From the NCBI GenBank assembly GCA_963805975.1, contig CAWDVR010000001.1:736001-800000 (forward strand): 64,000 bases of DNA, read 5' to 3'. Made by a program: the position numbers and the translations under genes. The number at the start of each line of letters is the position of its first letter. The first letter of the stretch is position 1. The stretch comes from an uncultured Acidobacteriota bacterium (GTDB taxonomy: Bacteria; Acidobacteriota; Thermoanaerobaculia; Multivoradales; SZUA-115). Below, piece by piece: positions 60,965 to 64,000 of the stretch. The notes under the pieces are model-generated. The model worked only from the letters and a program-made list of their open reading frames with translations. It did no database searches and was not told the origin of the DNA.

Positions 60965-61462
60965 TCATCGCCGACCCGCGGAACGCTGCCGCATCACCTC
61001 GTAGAGCGCCACCGCCACGCTGGTCGAGAGGTTGAGGGAGCGGACCTCGCGATCGATCATCGGGAGCGTGACCAGGCGGTCGGCGTGGCGGCGCCGCAGC
61101 TCGGGCGGCAGGCCGGTGCTCTCCTGACCGAAGACGAGCACCGGGTTGGGTGGGAAGGCGACGCTCCAGTGGTCCCGGCCACCTTCGGCCGAGAAGAAGA
61201 ACGGCTCGCCGAGCGTAGGCAGCTCGGCCTCGAAGCTCTCCCAGGACGGCCAGAGCACCGGCGCGACGCGTGGCCAGTAGTCGAGGCCGGCGCGCCGCAC
61301 CTCGCGCTCGTCGAGCGAGAAGCCCAGCGGTTCGACGAGGTGCAGGCGGGCGCCGGTCGCGAGGCAGGTGCGGCCTGCGTTGCCGGTATTCCAGTGGATC
61401 TCCGGCTGGACGAGGACGACGTGGGCGAGAGGTGCCGGGGACGGCGGGGCGGCGTCGGGCAT
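60965..61462 (-). CDS. trmL: tRNA (cytidine(34)-2'-O)-methyltransferase
   Basis: PEIHWNTGNAGRTC, PLGFSLD..VRRAGLDYW, VFGQES.GLP, RSLNLS. Confidence 0.92.
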   Translation of the reverse strand: MPDAAPPSPAPLAHVVLVQPEIHWNTGNAGRTCLATGARLHLVEPLGFSLDEREVRRAGLDYWPRVAPVLWPSWESFEAELPTLGEPFFFSAEGGRDHWSVAFPPNPVLVFGQESTGLPPELRRRHADRLVTLPMIDREVRSLNLSTSVAVALYEVMRQRSAGRR

Positions 61463-61514
61463 GCGCGGAGTATGGCGGGATCCGCGCCACCCGCCGCCGC
61501 TCCCTCCGGAGCAA

Positions 61515-63140
61515 CTACTTCACGAGCTCCAGGCTGTCGATTTGGACCGAGCCGGCCTCGAAGCCGGGCACGTCGAAGTAGAAGTAGACGTAGCGCAGAT
61601 CTGTCAGGTCCGTGACGCCGAAGGCCGAGAGCGGGATGCGGATGGTCTCGAGCGCGCTCATCGTCAGGTCTTTGATGCCGTCGGTTCCGAGGTGATTGAA
61701 GACGTAGGGATAGGGAACCGAGCCGTAGTCGCTGGCCTTGACCTTGGACGACCACCCGGCGCCGGTGTAGAGGCGCACGTGGAAGTCCTGGGCCTGGTCC
61801 TCGGTGTTCCAGGCGTCGTCGTAGTTCTGGCCGACGCGCAGGCCGAGATGGGTGTAGGTGCTGACGTTGCGTTGCGCGCCCACGAACGGCAGGTTGGCCG
61901 CGGGGATCGTCCACCGCACGTAGGGTGTGAGGCCGGTGTCGTTCCACTTGATGCGCATGCCGCGCGTGTCGTGGGGCGCCGCCGGGTCCATGTCCTGGAG
62001 CTCGTCGACGGCGAGGACGGCGATGGTGTCCGACTTGGTCACCGAGCCGCCCATGGTGTTGGTGCTCCAGCCGACGTGCTCGAAGTTGTCGATCACCCGC
62101 CGGGGGATGTCGCTGAACTGCTGCGTGAGCACCACGGCGGCCGAGGCCGCCGGCCGGGCGGTGCCGTCGAAGAAGGCGCGGTAGTCCGCCTGGTTCCAGA
62201 CTTGGAGGCGCAGAAACGCGTTGATGTAGCCCAGCGCCACGTTGCGGTGGTCGGTGCAGGACAAGGTGCCGTCTCCCACCGGGCACGGGCCCTCATCCGT
62301 GAAGCCCACGTGGTTGGCGCGCTCCAGGAAGACCATCGCCTTGCGGATCTGGTGCGCGGGGTTGAGGACGCCCTCGACCGAGGTCTCGCTGCCGGCCCGG
62401 TCGTAGATCGCGAAGGCGGTGCGCTCGGGCGAGGTCGGCCAGGGCTCGATGGGCTCGCCGTTCACGTCGGGATCGCGCGAGCCGTAGATCGCCAGAAAGC
62501 CCGGGACGATGGTGCCGTCGAGGGTCTCCTTGGGGTCGTCTCCCCCGTTGCCGCCGTCGGTGGGGGCGATCGAGACCACCGCCCGCACGTCGTACTCCAG
62601 GTGGCCCAGGCCGGGGTTGTCCGCCAGCATGCGCGCCGCGGTGACCGCCGCCTCGCCGCCGCGGCTGTGGCCGACGAAGGCGACCTTGCCGCTGAGCTTC
62701 GCCTTCCAGGTCCAGAACGCGTTTACGGAGTTGAGGAAGGAGATGGCTTCCTGGGCACGGCCCTCGTTGGAGCCGCTGTCGAAGGCGCCGTTCGAGAGGC
62801 TCGCCACCACGAAACCGTTCTTGGCCAGGTGGTCGAACAGGTAGTCGTGGTCGTTCTTGGTCATGCCGTTGCCGTGGGTGAAGACCACGATCGGCCGGCC
62901 GCTCGGCGGGCCGTCGGCCGAGTCGCAGGTCGAGGAGGGCCAGCGCAGGTAGCCGGAGATCGCGGGCACGCCGTCCCCGCCGTAGTTCCAGTAGGGGTTG
63001 CTGGAATAGGCGCAGGGATAGGTCTGATAGGTGGTGGGGTCGGACGGGAGGGCGAGGGCGGGCATGGCGAGGGCCGAGCCGAGGGCCACGGCGGCGAGCG
63101 CCGGCCAGCCGCCATGGCGAGAGTGGGTCGTCGGGCGCAT
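61515..63140 (-). CDS. Secreted alpha/beta hydrolase (chlorophyllase/cutinase-like) with C-terminal beta-sandwich domain
   Basis: Signal peptide; FTHGNG, GHSRGG, DPDV, ANHVGF; TIRIPLSAF...DL..LR C-terminal domain. Confidence 0.85.
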   Translation of the reverse strand: MRPTTHSRHGGWPALAAVALGSALAMPALALPSDPTTYQTYPCAYSSNPYWNYGGDGVPAISGYLRWPSSTCDSADGPPSGRPIVVFTHGNGMTKNDHDYLFDHLAKNGFVVASLSNGAFDSGSNEGRAQEAISFLNSVNAFWTWKAKLSGKVAFVGHSRGGEAAVTAARMLADNPGLGHLEYDVRAVVSIAPTDGGNGGDDPKETLDGTIVPGFLAIYGSRDPDVNGEPIEPWPTSPERTAFAIYDRAGSETSVEGVLNPAHQIRKAMVFLERANHVGFTDEGPCPVGDGTLSCTDHRNVALGYINAFLRLQVWNQADYRAFFDGTARPAASAAVVLTQQFSDIPRRVIDNFEHVGWSTNTMGGSVTKSDTIAVLAVDELQDMDPAAPHDTRGMRIKWNDTGLTPYVRWTIPAANLPFVGAQRNVSTYTHLGLRVGQNYDDAWNTEDQAQDFHVRLYTGAGWSSKVKASDYGSVPYPYVFNHLGTDGIKDLTMSALETIRIPLSAFGVTDLTDLRYVYFYFDVPGFEAGSVQIDSLELVK

Positions 63141-63223
63141 CTTCGTCTCCCAGGAATCGTGCGGAGGCCGGGTGCCAGCCTCGCGGTTCGGGGACGAAGA
63201 TAGGCACGGGCCACGGGGAAGTT

Positions 63224-63263
63224 GTTACCGCGGGCTTACCGAGCCCTGAGGACAGGCTTACCG
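63224..63263 (-). promoter_or_regulatory. Phased direct repeats upstream of the secreted hydrolase
   Basis: TTACCG at 63225, 63236 and 63258 (11 and 22 bp apart); GGCTTACCG occurs twice exactly. Confidence 0.5.
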
Positions 63264-63318
63264 GGCGGCCCGGAAGCGAGGACTGGATCACCACGCGGAT
63301 GGCGCCCACGCCGGTGTC

Positions 63319-63435
63319 AAGCTCGACGAGCTGATCGATCTCGAAGAGCTGGATGAAACAGAGCTCGATCGCATTCGCGATCAATACGAGAAGCTGACGA
63401 AGCTAGGCGCGAAAAGTAAGGAAAAAAGAGGCTGA
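63319..63435 (+). pseudogene. Low-affinity iron permease family C-terminal remnant
   Basis: KLDELI|DLEELDETELDRIRDQYEKL...; matches the recalled family tail KLDELI...DLEEL.E.EL; no start codon or TM part. Confidence 0.55.
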
Positions 63436-63510
63436 AAGGGCTTGGAGCGGGATCGCGGCTGGCAGAGAATCGGATACCGCTTGTCGCGGCCCAACTTCCA
63501 AGGAGAAGCC

Positions 63511-63831
63511 ATGAAGCGATCTCTCGTCCTCGTGCTGTTCCTCGCCTTGACGTTTGGTACCGCCTCGTCCTTCGCCGCACCCTGCGGGCCGCCGAACCCG
63601 ATGTCGACGCTACTCTGGCTCGAAGAAGAGAACGCTCCCATCGCCACGCCGGCGGTCGACCTCTTCCCGCCGACGGCTGCTCCGCGCGCCGGAGGCGCCT
63701 GCACCGCCGACGATCGCGCCGCCTGCCGACAGGACTGCTGTACCGAAGGTGGATGCGAGGGCTTCCAGGTGCTGTGGTCGTACTACTTCGGCTACTGCAT
63801 GTGCAACTGCCTCGGCTACTGCTCGGGCTAA
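63511..63831 (+). CDS. Small secreted cysteine-rich peptide precursor (106 aa)
   Basis: AAGGAG ribosome-binding site, signal peptide, acidic/Pro-rich spacer, 9 Cys in the last ~43 aa; has its own terminator. Confidence 0.78.
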   Translation: MKRSLVLVLFLALTFGTASSFAAPCGPPNPMSTLLWLEEENAPIATPAVDLFPPTAAPRAGGACTADDRAACRQDCCTEGGCEGFQVLWSYYFGYCMCNCLGYCSG

Positions 63832-63844
63832 CGAAACGGGGAAC

Positions 63845-63877
63845 GAAAAAGGGCGAGCCGTCGGCGCGCCCTTTTTC
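63845..63877. terminator. Bidirectional intrinsic terminator
   Basis: GAAAAAGGGCG...CGCCCTTTTTC between convergent genes. Confidence 0.85.
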
Positions 63878-63899
63878 CTGCTGCGCGCTTCTCGGCCTG

Positions 63900-64000
63900 C
63901 TAATCGACCGTGACCCGGATGTCGCCCACGCCGCAGTCGACCTCGAGGCGGGAGGCGCCCTTGCCTCTGTTCCACTCGAGCCCCTTGCCCACCAAGCCGG
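63900..64000 (-). CDS. 3' end of a hypothetical beta-strand-repeat protein (partial)
   Basis: ...GLVGKGLEWNRGKGASRLEVDCGVGDIRVTVD* ending at TAG 63900-63902. Confidence 0.55.
   Translation of the reverse strand, partial: GLVGKGLEWNRGKGASRLEVDCGVGDIRVTVD

Noticed and set aside
60657-61514. 285-aa ORF overlapping trmL
   Set aside because: Only the last 86 codons, from ATG 60917, look coding; the rest is an alternate frame of trmL.

Overview
Very GC-rich bacterial window with about 50 CDS or CDS fragments. I saw no rRNA, tRNA, CRISPR array or transposase. The gene content and a recurrent C-terminal IFxDxFExGD tail suggest Acidobacteriota, possibly Thermoanaerobaculia (inference only). Core genes: aceE-aceF-lpdA, hutU, murJ, trmL, an MscS/MscK-like channel, a split ATP-dependent 5-oxoprolinase/hydantoinase, NfeD-flotillin, a NatAB-like ABC transporter, an ECF sigma/anti-sigma pair and glutaminyl cyclase. 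Much of the rest is an unusual secretome: a sugar dehydrogenase, a tachylectin propeller, a Cys-rich tyrosinase-vWA protein, an NxxGxxAF-repeat protein, hydrolases and a defensin-like peptide. The best candidate for an undescribed system is a conserved, non-membrane C-terminal tag (I-F-x-D-[GSD]-F-E-[ST]-G-D-x-S-x-W) on three unrelated signal-peptide proteins, which looks like a protein sorting or surface-attachment signal. Other points of interest are an operon of three periplasmic adaptors plus one permease with no ATPase, a degenerate FHA-sigma54 activator, a TetR operator inside a coding sequence, leaderless promoters, two probable non-canonical starts, several deletion-scarred pseudogenes, and single-base frameshifts that may be assembly errors. 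All family assignments come from motif recognition; no database searches were run.
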